The position numbers were made by a program, and so were the translations under genes. The notes under the pieces are model-generated. The model was not told the DNA's origin. It saw only the letters and a program-made list of their open reading frames with translations, and made no database searches. A stretch of DNA of 64,000 nucleotides from Toensbergia leucococca (taxonomy: Eukaryota), in contig JALDZS010000024.1 in assembly GCA_022813965.1 (NCBI GenBank), positions 1 through 64,000 of the forward strand. Reading direction: 5' to 3'. The stretch's first letter is position 1, and every line of letters begins with the position of its first letter. Shown here piece after piece: positions 48,920 through 61,744 of this stretch.

Positions 48920-50256
48920 CTACGACAAAGCTCCATCGAGTGGAGGGAAGATCGGATGTAAAGCATAGACCGGCCCCTTTGATTCTTCGCCATCAAACAG
49001 CAAAAAATTCTGGATCGGCTGCTCTCTCTGGCCTAAAACATTGATCACGTCCTGCGCAAGTTGACCACCTAGAAAAGCTGTCACTGGTGCTAGCTCGCTG
49101 CCGATATTCTGGAGGAAGCTTCTTAGAAATTCACTTCGCAAGGTTTCAGGTGGCAATTGCAGATCCTTGTGTTTTTCTGTGGCTAGTGTAGTGAAAAGCT
49201 CTAGATCTGCATGTGAGTGGGATGGCAACGTTTCAGAAATCTTCTGGAACTCCCACAGCGCCTTGAGGCATGTCAGTAATGGTGGGATCTGTAATTTGCG
49301 TCTTCGAGAGGTAAGATGTGCTGCTGGTATAGGTGAGCTGTTTGCAAGGATGAAGGGCGAGTATATTTCGCGCTTCGTAACCATCTCAATCAGCTTTCCG
49401 TGTTCATTTTTCGTACTCGATGCCACGATTGACCTGGTAGCCGTTTCTGCCTTCAAGGCTGTGGGGACATTGGATTTCTCACGTTCAATAACATAATCAT
49501 GGGTGATGAGATCCGCAAAGATATAGCCATAGAAACCGTGCGTACCAGCTGCGTAGAAAGGTTTATTGCAGAGTCTGCAGGAGGCATTAACAGTTGACAG
49601 GGTATCTAGGTCCATTTCAGTCGCTATGATCATGTCAAATGGAGCGAAGAATGCTGGTCGCTTGAGGCGTATGTTCTCAGTATCAACATGAAGTGCCACT
49701 CTTGGATTGAGTTTTTGAATTTGTGGTGCCGCTGCTTCTGCACGCTACGACACTCATCAGCAACTGAAGAGCTTTTAAGACCTCTGGTCACCTTACATTC
49801 TTACCAATATGGGTTTCGGAAATGAAGAATTGTGAGCCCAGATCATCGTCGGTGACCATTTGATCATCATTGATTGTGAGCGACCCTACGCCGGCAAGCA
49901 CCAGGTTCTTAGCCACCTCATTTGCTAGAGCCTTCATGGTTACTATAAGAATGCTCGCTGTGCGAAGTCTAATAAGAATCAGTCTGCCATTTTCAGCAGC
50001 TTCGCTCACGAATGGGAATCCTCACTTCTCCTGGGCCTTCACTCCCCAGAGGCGAATCTGTCGATCATACAATGCTATCTCATCTGTAGGATATGTGAGC
50101 CACAGGGATCTCAAGGCTGGTCTCAAGGGTTTGCTTACCGGCGCTGATGGTTTGTGCCCGGGCTGCATTAATGATTGGCTCCCTAGGCTCATTCCCATTG
50201 AGTGAAACGCCATTGGAGAGCGAAGATACATCAAGAGGTTGCTCTATAGAGTCCAT
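48920..50256 (-). CDS. AOS1: SUMO-activating enzyme E1 subunit Aos1
   Basis: DEIALYDRQIRLWGVKAQ, ANEVAKNLVLAGV, IQKLNPRV and ELAPVTAFLGGQLAQDVIN. Confidence 0.92.
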
Positions 50257-50615
50257 GCTTATTTACAAGTCTGCAGCTTTCAACATGAACGAGATATTCA
50301 GCAAAGGCGAAGATCACCTGCGATATTGTTGGACGAGGACAGAAAAGGCAAATAGATGCTAGCCGCCTTGCGTCATAGCTGCGGGTAGAGCCGAAGCGTC
50401 AGCCTTACCAAGCAAACGTCCCTACCGGAATCCCGTCTTATCGTATCCGTATCCGTACCTACATGTCCTTTACCTTACATAACAGGACCGCTTTGTTGCA
50501 GCCTAGTCGCTCATGCAGTGCCTGCAAATCATACCTCTTGTACATTACCATCATCGCTGTCTGCAACACGTGCTGGCCAGGTCATGCATGAAGGCCCTCC
50601 TCTCTTTGTCTACTC

Positions 50616-52603
50616 ATGGTGAGCCGATCTACGGATAGCGTCATTCCTTTTCATATCACATGCTACGTGAATAAGACAGGAACGAAGCAGGCACAAGTTT
50701 GGATGTCTGAATATGACTGATGATTCTGGATTCTACAGTCTGGCAACTTTGACTTTCTCCCCGCTTCAGCTCCCGCTGCTTCATCCGCTGAGTTTCCAAA
50801 TGCTCCAGGTCACCTTCAACGCCTCCGAGTCATTGTCCAAGCAGACCAAATTCAACCTCGTACTATGGAAGGTCGAACCGCTGCCAGTATTCCGGAAAGC
50901 CGCATACGAAGAGCAGTACAGCGGCAAGTAATAAATCGCAATCGAGCTGTCAACAACGGCGTTACTCCGTCTCATCCCTCATCAGACCTCCAAGCACCCA
51001 CTTCTGCTCTCCGATCTCACCCTCATGCTCTGTCTAGAGAGCGATACCTTCGAGATCGTCGACATCGCCTGCAACAAGCGTCTACTTTAGCAAACAGCGC
51101 CGACGATATCCAACATGCCGTTGGACCGCGAACCGAAGCAGCTCCCAGCTTCAGCACACTTCTCGATACGCCAGTCCCTCGTATTGGATCTCCAGGCATC
51201 ACTACACGAGAGTACACGGGTGAAGCAGAGGTCAATCGAAGAGGGGCTAAACGCCGGAAATTAGATGCCGACCACGTTAGCAAAGGCCTTCGAGGCTTCA
51301 GCTATGGCTATCGTGGCCAAGTCGTCCCTGGGACTTTGAAGATGGAGATCTTGAGCTGCGACGGTGGACACTTTCCTGAGGCACCTGGACAAGTGAGAAA
51401 CTACTGGCCGGAGAATGTGCTGCGCAACGACAAAAGTGTTTACTGCACTGAGAGTAACAAATGCAACATTATACTGCGTCATCAAGAAGAAACCACTTTT
51501 TGCTTGAAGAAACTAGTAATCAAAGCTCCTGAACGCGGATTTACCGCACCGTATGTCTTTATGGTCATTTTATCGAGATAGAAGTAGGCACATGGCTGAC
51601 GGACCAATGATAGAATTCAAGAAGGCATGATCTTTGTGTCGATGACTTCCGATGATCTACTAGCTCGTACTGCCCAGTACCGCCTCCGAGAATCATCACC
51701 GCTACCAAGAATGTCTTTGGTTAATCAGGAAGGTATCGACAATGAAGATCCACTGGAGTTATTAGGACATTTAGATCGACTCGATCGAGGAGAAGGACGA
51801 GCCCAATTTGACTCGTTCATGAGAGGTATGAGAGGCTCAAACGAGAACCGTCCACCATCCCGTAGAGCGGATGATCAAGTTCTTCGGACGATTCCTCTAC
51901 CAGTATCGAATACTCGAGTATATTCCCGCCCATGGAGAACATCTGTCGAACACGGCGACGCTACCGACGACCCATTTCCCCTTCTTGACCTTGGCGATGA
52001 CTCGACGCCCCCACCGAGAAACAGGCGTTCTTCAATATCGAATTTCTTCAATGTGACTACAGATTGTGATGACCGTTCCGGTGATGAAGAAGAAGAGTCT
52101 AGCCCCGCCACATTGGCTGACCGCTATCGGCGAGACCGTATGCCGCTTTCGTATGACTCTTCCGATGACAGCGACGATGGAGCTCTTGTTCACTGGGTCA
52201 CTAGTCGTTCTCGAGCCGTAGGATTACCACCTGGCAACCGGAGAAGCAGGCGAAGAGCTTTCCCAAGCACGATAGAATTGGGGCCGCGGAGGCATAGAGA
52301 CGAAGACGAGAGAGACGAAAAAGGCCCGGTGGGAATTTTGACTCCGCATGCAAGTTTTTTCATTGAGAGAGAGAAGAGCATGGTCAGCATCAAATTTGAT
52401 CCTCCTGTGTAAGTCTGTACCTGCCACCTGTTTAGCTGTGGCAAGTGTCGTTGCTGATTATTCGGTTATGATCCTTCAGCTCGGGTAAATTCATCCTACT
52501 CAAGTTATGGAGTCCAGCCAAGGATCAGAATATAGATATCCAAAGTATCGTGACGCACGGATTCGCGGGACCAAGGTTCTTCCCAGCAATTCAGACCAGG
52601 TGA
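50616..52603 (+). CDS. Conserved hypothetical protein, probable split beta-sandwich (galactose-binding/discoidin-like) domain
   Basis: Blocks LKMEILSCDGG…ENVLRNDKSVYCT…LKKLVIKAP…IQEGMIFVS and IKFDPPV|SGKFILLKLWSP…NIDIQSI..HGFAGPRFFP. The first coding exon appears to be ATG alone (50616-50618). Confidence 0.75.
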
Positions 52604-53301
52604 AGCCTTTTGGCATCTGCACAGACTTCGCGGCGGTAATGCATGACAATGAGCGAGTACGAGTACATGTTTGGGGCTGCTACAATGCGTAGAATAAAAG
52701 TGGTAGATATGCATAGAATTCTATCAACCATAGTTCATCTGTGTTCCCCGTGCACTCAACTAGAGCTCTACACTTCACGGCACCAGCGGTGTTCATTGGA
52801 TGCATGTCAAAGGTTTCAAGTTCCATATCAGAGCGCCACACCGCGCAACATGATGAAGATGTAAGGAATGTAGCCATCATGGATGTACTTCGTCAATGCT
52901 TTGAACTCAAATCCACGCAATATCCTCGACCTCATCTTACGAGCCTCTTCGCCATGGTATCTTAACATAGTGCTAACATAGAAAGAGGTCTCTGCATACC
53001 ATCCAACAAATAGAATAACGCAAAACATAGTCAAATCCATCTCCAAGCCCTAAACATGTATACACTTTCCAAAGGAAAAGAAAGTCGATGCAAGCAACAA
53101 AGGGCCAATATGGTATATCGAAAAAAACAAAAGATAAGTCTTGCGTCAGCATTACCCTAATCCCTTACCCAACCCCCCAATATCGTTCAACCTTCCATTT
53201 TTACCTTGGTCGTTGAAATCCCGTCGTCAGCCTCGTTAAACAATGATCCTGCTCTTCTGCCGCCCAGTGCTTCAATTCAGGCCGACAACCTTCTTCAGCA
53301 A

Positions 53302-56053
53302 TCAGCATACCTCTACATTTGCAGGATCGGACTCTCCGTCCACTCCATCCTCTATGAATCGACCAAATTTGGCCATGCTCAGCTCGTCGTCTTCGACGCC
53401 CATACCAATGCCACTGTCGTCGTGACTCTGCATATGATCCATTCCAATCGCGGGCGCAAGCCGAACGTGGCTCACCTGGTTCACCTCTGCTATATCAATC
53501 CGAGATTGCTCTGCTTGCTGAAGCTGCTGTTGTGCGGCACTGGCGCTACGACTTTGCTCCCGATGAAAGCCGCTTCCAACATCCACACTCCCAAAACGAA
53601 TCGTAGGGTCTACACTCTCGCTGACATCGATTCTTGATCTCGAAACTGGAAAGACCTCGCTCGCCTCGTCCATGAAAGTCACATCCATATCCATGTATGA
53701 CTTCGGCCTCATCTCAAGGCTCTCAGGACAGTCTTGCATAAATCCGCCTTTCTCGGCCAGCCACTGAAGCATCTCATCCACCCATACCTTCGTGACCCAC
53801 CAGGATCCGAAGCTCAGTGCTTGCCCCATGGTGATGTCCCTTAGAGCAGCTGAGCCAATGTCGTTAACGCAATGAAGTATCAGACGAACGTCAGCCTCTG
53901 GAAAACGAAGAGGAAGATTACGAAGAAAATTGATCCAGCGGTCAAGAACGCCCTCAGGCGATTCATTGTCAGGATCAATGTGTACGGTCTGGGCATAGTC
54001 GGGAGTGGATTGATTGCTAGCAGTCTCGAATATAGTACCAGCTCCAGCGCACGAGCTATTGTCTAGGGGCCCAAGAAGGTCTCGGATCTCGCTGGTCAAG
54101 ACTCGGAGAACTCGAGAGTAGCCAGAGATTGGAAGGCTACTTTGAACCACTTCGAAAGGCTTGACATAGGATACCCAATCATGCCACATCTGGTGCCGGT
54201 TAGCGTCCCGATTGAGGATATTTGCTGCTGCATGGGCGGTTTGGTTGACACGTATGACACGGTTCAAGAGATTGGCAAAGATAGTTGCTGGGCCAAGTCT
54301 AGCATCCAAGACATGCTGGGGCAAGTTTTCAAAGGTTGTTGAAACATGAGAGCCGAGTCTGGTGGAGACAGTTTTGAAGGCTTCAATGACTTGGACAGGA
54401 ACAGCCTGCAATGCCAGAGGCGCTACAAATCGAATCATCTTTTGATACATGAGCCAGTCGCACTGCTTGATCCAAGCAGCGATGTTAGGGTGGGCGAATA
54501 GCTTTTGGACTGGTACGGTCAAGGTACCGTGAAATGACGTGAAACTGTGAAAGAGCATTTTCGCTTTGCAATATCGTAAGCAGTCTATGACCGAGATACA
54601 GTGAGAACGGTACAACGCCGATAATGCATCGGCAACGTCGATGTCAGTCTCAGTCGGCAAATAGCTATGTATGCTCGGTAGGTCGATCGGGTCATTGGCG
54701 TCATAGAATGGATCATCAGGAGCTGCAAACTTGAGCTCCCGCTTTACCATGTTGGCTCGTGAGGGGTCATGGTGAAGGTTTTGCGGAGAGTGGTTAATGA
54801 ACAAACCCCCAGAGGCATACATCTCGGAGGTTATGCTTTGACGGAATTTAGAACCGGGAAGATTCATATGTAAGGGGCTACCAGGGGAGGGAAAGACAGC
54901 GGTGTCTGCTGGAAGTCGTGCTCTGTGACTGCAACACACAATGGCGTTAGTTATCGGATGTAGATATAAAATCAACACTGCGTCAATGAACGCGTCAAGG
55001 ATTGATTCACCTTCTGCCAGTCGCGTTTTCACCGGCTTGTTGACAAGCACTAGACAAACTCGCAAGTCGATTTCGCTGAGCATCAAGAACTTCAGTGTGG
55101 TCTTCGGCCAACAAAAGGTCGACATAATGGTACTTGGACTTTGTTCGCATCCCAAGTCTTCGAGTTTGGATACCAGGGAAGATAATGCGCACTAGTTTGC
55201 CAAACGAAGCCGGATTCAATGGAGGCACTCTCTCAGTACCGCATCTTGTTGCGTAGTGAGAGAAAACTACACTTCGAGGAACAGAGCCTTTCGCCCTTTT
55301 GCACACTGAGTTTAGCCTACATCTGCCGTCAGTAGAAACTCCTTTGCGGCTTTTCACTATATCTCACCAGAGCATTGCGAATATTTGCTTGGTCTTCTCC
55401 GCCTTAGGGCCTCTATCATTAGCCAGCACTTGAAGGCTCACTTCCTTCAATGATTGCCCCTGATTCTCTCGGAATAGTTTCCGAAGCTCCTGATCGTTAG
55501 CAATGCTCGTAGCAGACCCTTTCTTTTTCTTGCCGTCTCCAGCTGTTGCTTCGTCTTGGGACTGGTTCTCATTGGAGTGTTCAGTTGCAAGAATTTCAAC
55601 TCTATCAAAAGCATTATATGGGTTCGTGCGGTGCCTCTCCCCGGGAGGATTCTCATTGAAATTTTTTGTCTTCGAATTTTCGCTGAAAGAAGGATGTTGG
55701 CTCAGTGGGGGCCTGTTCATAGAAGAATGTCCATGGGAGTGGGCGTACAGTCCGTATGGTGCTCCGTTACTTGTATGATTTTGCAAAGACGGATCGATGA
55801 CACAGTCGAGATTTGGATTCGTCAATTGCTTTTCAGATCTAGTAATCATTTCTTCCGGAGTGAACTGCAAAGACGAAGCCTGGGTAGGTTGCGCAGGATA
55901 TTGGAACACAGACTCGGACGCATGTTGAAAACGGTGCGATGATTGCGTGCTGGCAGATTGAATGCTGGCCGTTGACGCGCGCGACTTTGGTCGCCGACTA
56001 CTTGTGGTAGAGTTAGACGTGATAGAAGGCTGTCTGGGAGCTTGAGAAGCCAT
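53302..56053 (-). CDS. RFX1: RFX-family transcription factor (CpcR1/Sak1/Rfx1-like)
   Basis: KQIFAMLW|L…VPRSVVFSHY…PLNPASFGKLVRIIFP…TRRLG..…SKYHY DNA-binding domain, and dimerization-region LYRSHC and DIT…SFGSWW. A 5'-UTR intron lies near 56090-56157. Confidence 0.92.
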
Positions 56054-56740
56054 TGAAGAGACTCTCGAACGTGTGCCAAGTCAAGGTCTGCCATTGGAGT
56101 CAGACATGGATGTGCGATAATCACCAGGTCAACAAGCAGGCTTCCAAACGAACTTACGATACTAGATCAGCTCAAATCTGCGACAGAATCCAGGGAGCAG
56201 AGGCAGAAGCGACGGAGCCGGTGTGACTCGAAGGTCCTATGAGCTACTTGACTAAGGCTAAGGCTTCGCCTCGCGGTCCAGACTCGACGTCGTCTGATGG
56301 ACGGAAAGGGCGAAGATAGCGGTCGCAACAACGAGATAGTCCGGCTTGGCCGAAGATGTCAACTGCTCCTGGAACTCGACGTCTAAGCCTTGTGTATACT
56401 ATTGAACATGACTGTTACCGAGCATATGGTGCCTGCTTATCGTCGATGAGGGTTTTTGTCGGTGTTTGATGTTTCTGGTAAACACTGAAAGGAAGGGTTG
56501 CTGGGCAACGTTATTGGGAATCTGCGCTAGCCCTTGAATACACTAGTGAGATGGATTATGTAAAATTGCAAACGATCACCACCTGAGCACCTCTCCCACA
56601 CCAGATCGGAAAAAGACGTGCCTTGTTATCATCGCAACGACTCGCAAGCACTGCATCCAGATACAGCTCTACTTTACCTACACCTGTTCAAAATCTCTCG
56701 CAATACACGGAAAACTGCTGTCCATTCAATCTAGAACATC

Positions 56741-57656
56741 ATGTCGTTCCAAGACCGCACTCAACACCAGATCGGCCAGATCGATAAGGAGGTACGTCGT
56801 GGTAGTATTGATAACATTCTACTCGACCTGAAAAGCCTCTCACCCTTTGTTGCACTGTGACTGGCACATCTCGCTAATACAACATCTCTAAAGCTATCAA
56901 AGTATCCTATGCTTAACAACCTCGAGAAGCAAACCTCGGTCCCAAAGGTCTACGCTTTCCTTGGCCTTGTTGGAATCTACTTTTTCCTGATCTTCTTCAA
57001 CATCGCTGGCGAATTTCTCGTGAACGTTGCTGGCTTCGTCATCCCAGGTTACTACTCGTTGGAGGCATTGTTTAGTGCAAGCAAAACGGATGATACCCAA
57101 GTAAGATTCCCTTGGCCATCCATTCCGAGCTCTACCCTCATTCTATCATCGATCTGTTTTCTTGCGACATTCAACATCCAAAATGCTGACATTCGCGTCA
57201 GTGGTTAACTGTAAGTGGTGCTTGTCTGATCTATTCGATCGCATGACCTATGTATTCACCCCCAAAGATACGGCACGTGACTAAGGTTCGTCTAGTACTG
57301 GGTCACTTACGCTTTCCTAACAGTATTTGAGAGTGCTGTGAATGCTGTGTATTGGTTCCGTATGTGATAGTCTTTTCCTAGAACGCTCGTGGGTCACTGA
57401 CGCCTTGCCAGCATTCTACTACACGTTCAAATTCGTCCTGGTTTTGTGGATGGCTCTCCCCCAGACTGGGTATGGCTTTGTATTATGATCTGGATTCTAG
57501 ACATCGGAAGCTAACGAGGCCTGCAACAGCGGCGCCCAAATCGTTTTCCGCTCCTTGATTCAACCGGTTTTCTCCCGCTATTTTCATGAGAGCGGATCCA
57601 CTTCCGCGAACCTTCGCACTCAAGCCGACCAAGCAAGCAAGCCGCACGCCATGTAG
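56741..57656 (+). CDS. YOP1: ER-shaping protein Yop1 (DP1/REEP family), 6 exons including a 9-nt microexon
   Basis: QIDKE|LSKYP.LNNLEKQT.VPK…DDTQ|WLT|YWV…WF|PFYYTFKF…LPQTG|GAQIVF. Confidence 0.95.
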
Positions 57657-58140
57657 AATGAGTCTAGTCTGAGACCAAGGCACTATTTTGGGAAGAGCAC
57701 ATGCTGCATCCATAGGGTCATTTCCAGTGGATTCGATAGAAAGTTCGTCGAGGGTTAACTATAGCTCGTTTGTGTTCCCAGACTTTGTTTTGTGGTTATT
57801 ACTGGGAGCATGCACAAGAACGATTATAGCATCTCAGTTATTGGAGCGCACCTTAAACATGTTGCGTCCGGTTCAGTCTTCTCCTTCGTTTAGCGGATAG
57901 CTTTCAATGAAGCTCTTGTGGCCGTACAAAACCTTGCTATTAATTTTTCTGCCCAGAAATGTTATGATCTCGTTGCGGTATGAAATTAGGCCTCATGGTT
58001 CTATCACAGCACGTTCTACAAAGAACACATCCAGTATGCCAGAATACCGCTGCGAACTTTGCACAAATCCAAGATCAATAAGACTATGCCAAACATCTAC
58101 TCCCGACGCCATCCTTGAACACCGGAAGATCCTTTGCGCC

Positions 58141-58847
58141 TCAAAACATTCCTATGCCCTTTCCCCAACCATCCAGTCTCGGATTTAGAATGATCTGATA
58201 GGGAAACGGGTTCGTCTCACTTGTCGTAATCGGCGGTATATGGTCCTTGTCTCGGTTGACAATTGTCATTATCTTCATCGTTGTCCTCTGCAGCGTCATC
58301 TCCATGGCCTTCATCACCTTTGTACGCTCTATCCATTTTTTTTAGCTTTATCATCCCAGTCTCGCTTAGAAGATATGCAAAAACTCACCAGCTTCAGTTC
58401 TTGGCATTGCAAGCGTCACTTCCAAGCACCAGATCTCCCAGCAAACCTCCTCGTCCCCTTTGGTGGCACCCGTGAACCAGCCCAAACCTCCACCTTTCCT
58501 CCTTCTCTTTTCGGAAAATTGAACGGCAAGCTGGCCTCGAACGCTACTTTTGGGGGATGTAGTGGACGATAGTTGTCGGATTAGCTGGGCGACACGCGTG
58601 TCTATCAACGTCTCTAGTTCGGGATCGGTGACAAAGGGAAGGGTGAGGTCGAGGACTTCGAGGGTAGAGGGGCGGAGGGATGGGAAGTATCGGTGGAAGA
58701 AAATTGTGTTGAGAATACCTAACAGCTTCAGCTCATGTTCATAGTCGAACATGCGGAAAACGTGGATATACCTCGAACGATGTCCTTCACGCAGGTGGGG
58801 TCAGCAAAGACCTCCAAAATATATTCTGGAGGGCGTCGCTGCTCCAT
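58141..58847 (-). CDS. ATG101: Autophagy-related protein 101
   Basis: MEQRRPPEYILEVFAD, GILNTIFFHRYF, WF finger (GLGWF), CWEIW and KDHIPPITTSETNPFPYQI. Confidence 0.9.
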
Positions 58848-59099
58848 CTCTGGAGCCCAGTGGGATATCACTTAGTTGATATTCTATGCAATCTGGAAAA
58901 ATAAACTAGAATCCATGCGAAGAAAGGAATGGCCATAACACAGCTCACTGATATCTTATCAAGCTAGCATGCCCCTCTATCAGTATCGATCGGGATCCTG
59001 CATTTTGACAGGGTGATAAGCCGCTAAACCCTACCGAGATGGAGAGGGAACCTGATGTATTTGAAGGATTGATTACTTTAGCTGTAATCTACTTGTGCC

Positions 59100-59127
59100 T
59101 ACGGAGTACCTAAGTGTCTACGGAGTA
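59100..59127 (+). promoter_or_regulatory. Two TACGGAGTA motifs (ATG101/PEX3 divergent region)
   Basis: Exact matches at 59100-59108 and 59119-59127, followed by TGGAGTA. Confidence 0.5.
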
Positions 59128-59260
59128 TGGAGTAGGCTTGAGAGCATCATGTCCACTATCATTCCTACAGAAAAGGAACATATTGAGAGCCGCCTAGAAC
59201 TTTAAAAGCAGCTGCAGTTGAGAGAGCATAACTAACCGGGCTCGAATAGCTCCAAGGAGC

Positions 59261-61059
59261 ATGATATCTACTTCGAGAAGATGGCTGCGGCGAAATCGGA
59301 CCAACTTCGCAATAAGCTTTGGAGTCCTAGGCGCAGCTTACGTTGCCGGCCAATATGTTCTATCCAAGATCACAGAGACACGGGAGCGAATGAGTAGTGA
59401 CCGAATTGCCAAAGAGAAGTACTGGAATTAATCGCGTATAGTCAATACGCGGTACTTATTGCTGACAATTCCAGTTTACGTCGTCGATTTCAACAGAACC
59501 AGGAAGACTGCACTTTCACTGTTCTTGCTCTCCTTCCCACTGCGGCCGAGAACATAATTGAGGCTCTCCCGGTCGAGACAATCACGCATGAGCTCCAACA
59601 GAAAAAAGCAGAGAGGCTAGGCAAGAGCATAGGAGCTTTGGGGGGAACACCATCCGATCTGTCATCCGGGCCACCGAGTGTGACTGATGATGACGGGAGG
59701 AGCCTTGCTAGTTTCCAGAGCGAGGGCTATGTGCATGCCAGTCAGATGGCAGCTTCTGCTTCTGGGGATGGGGCGCCAGAGCTACAGAGATCTCAGAAAA
59801 GTAAAGCTCAATTATGGAATGAGCTTAAAATCAGCTGTGAGTACCTCCTTCTACGTAAATTTAAGACGTGATTCTAACCAGTTAGCTATTACGAGGTCAT
59901 TTTCGCTGTTATATACCCTCTCACTCTTGACTCTATTGACCCGAATACAACTCAACCTCCTCGGTCGGCGGAATTACCTATCAAGCGTCGTCTCATTAGC
60001 CTCTCCTTCTCCAAATGAGTCGATCATAAGCCTTGAAAACCGAGACGATGACAGCATAGATCCCTCATACGGTAATGACTTTGAGACGAATCGCAAATTC
60101 CTGACGTTTAGCTGGTGGCTACTGCATCGGGGATGGAGGGACATCATGGAGAAAGTAGAAATGGCGGTGAGGGAGACATTTGGGCCACTGAACCCTAGGG
60201 AAGATATCTCCCTCGAGCGACTGTCTGCCTTGACCCTCGAAGTGCGAAGGAAAGTCGAAGGAGCTACACCTGAAGAAAGAAGGTATATCCGAATCTGCAT
60301 TAGCCGCACTATTAGCAAAGAATTTCTACTTACGAGCTCAGTGCCCGCAATTGGCTCCCATACCTCCTCCCTACCCGCGACGAAGAAGACTTCGTCCTCC
60401 GCGAATCTGGGATGTCCACCTCACCCCCCAACCCATCTCCTCAAACCGAGTTCGTCCCTCAACCAAGCACATCCCCTTCTCTCCGCCGCCTTCTAGATGA
60501 AACCTCTGACCTCATTGACTCTCCCCCCTTCTCCCACATCCTCACCATCCTCCTTGACACCACCTTCTCTCACCTCACCGACCAAAAACTCTGCTCTCAA
60601 GCCTTCAAAATTTCCCATCCCTCCCCCTCGGCCACAGCCCCGGCCCCCCGCATCGAAGAAATCCTCGACCCCAAAACCCCGGAAGATCTCGCCCAGGCCA
60701 AGACCAAATTCGCCACAATCCTCGCCGTCATGACCCGCCAAGCGCACTCCATTGGCAACGGCGTGCCGAACGAATACGTACAGGATATGGAGGCGGTAAG
60801 GGAGTTGGAAGCGTTTGCTGCGGTCGTCTACAGTAGCCACTATGAGTTTGAGGGGCCTGAGATTGGGGATGAGGGTGAGAGTGAGGGAGTCGGAACCAGA
60901 AAAGCGGTTGAGGTGGAGGAAGCGCCTGAGTCCGTGGAGGCCAAGGTCCTCGGACCTGATGGCTCGAGAAAGGGTGTTGTAGATATGGCAGGGAGCGTAT
61001 TTGAGAGTGTTTGGGGGAGGGTGGTGGGAAGGGAGGACGGGGCTGCTATGACGGGGTGA
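59261..61059 (+). CDS. PEX3: Peroxin 3
   Basis: RIAKEN|LRRRFQQNQEDCTFTVLALLP, KAQLWNELKI, LTRIQLNLLGRRNYL, FLTFSWWLLHRGW and ELEAFAAVVYS. Confidence 0.94.
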
Positions 61060-61744
61060 TGAGTGGGGTCGTATTTAGATTTGATGGAGTGAAGTTTGGA
61101 TGGCGCAGGAGGTTTACATCCTTGGCGTAATTCTCGATGGTGCTTTGAGCGTAACCTACATCTATCAACATCTCGGCTCGGTGTGCGGGTTCTTGGGAAT
61201 ATTTCTCTTCTTCATCAGACAACGGATCGTCGCATAAGGCAGTACTTGTTGTTGACAGTGCAGGGAAATCGCCCATAGTCTTAGTAATGCAGCAATGGAT
61301 CATTAGAGGAACTGCGAGGATAAGTCTAGGCATCGGAGAGAAGTGGTTGAACCGTCCGTATACAAGCAATAGAGTCCCATTGCTCGTGCTGTTGAGCAGC
61401 GGTGCTGATTGAGTAGCGATACGAACTCCTCGCCCTTCCCACTAAATACTTACGTTCTTAAATAACAAATAAACTATGTAACAGGATTAACGACCAGCGA
61501 TCTCAGCACCTCTTCTTACCCATTACCCGTGCCGCGTAGACCAGTCCACTCGGATCAACAAAGTCTAGGTAGGTTGCCGCGAAAATGTGTCCGAGATTCC
61601 TCATTTCTAAACCCCGAGTCTCAAGATCTTTCCGCTCAAAAACGCCGGCGCTATGCAGAGGAACCCGCCCACAAATTCAAATCCCAGGGTACTTCCAATA
61701 TGTATACTCCTCCACCCTATTCATTATCCACACCCCCTCCCCCC

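Noticed and set aside
61405..61455. Possible 3'-UTR intron downstream of the MDR gene (GTAAGT…CAG, minus strand)
   Set aside because: The branch site is poor, so support is insufficient.
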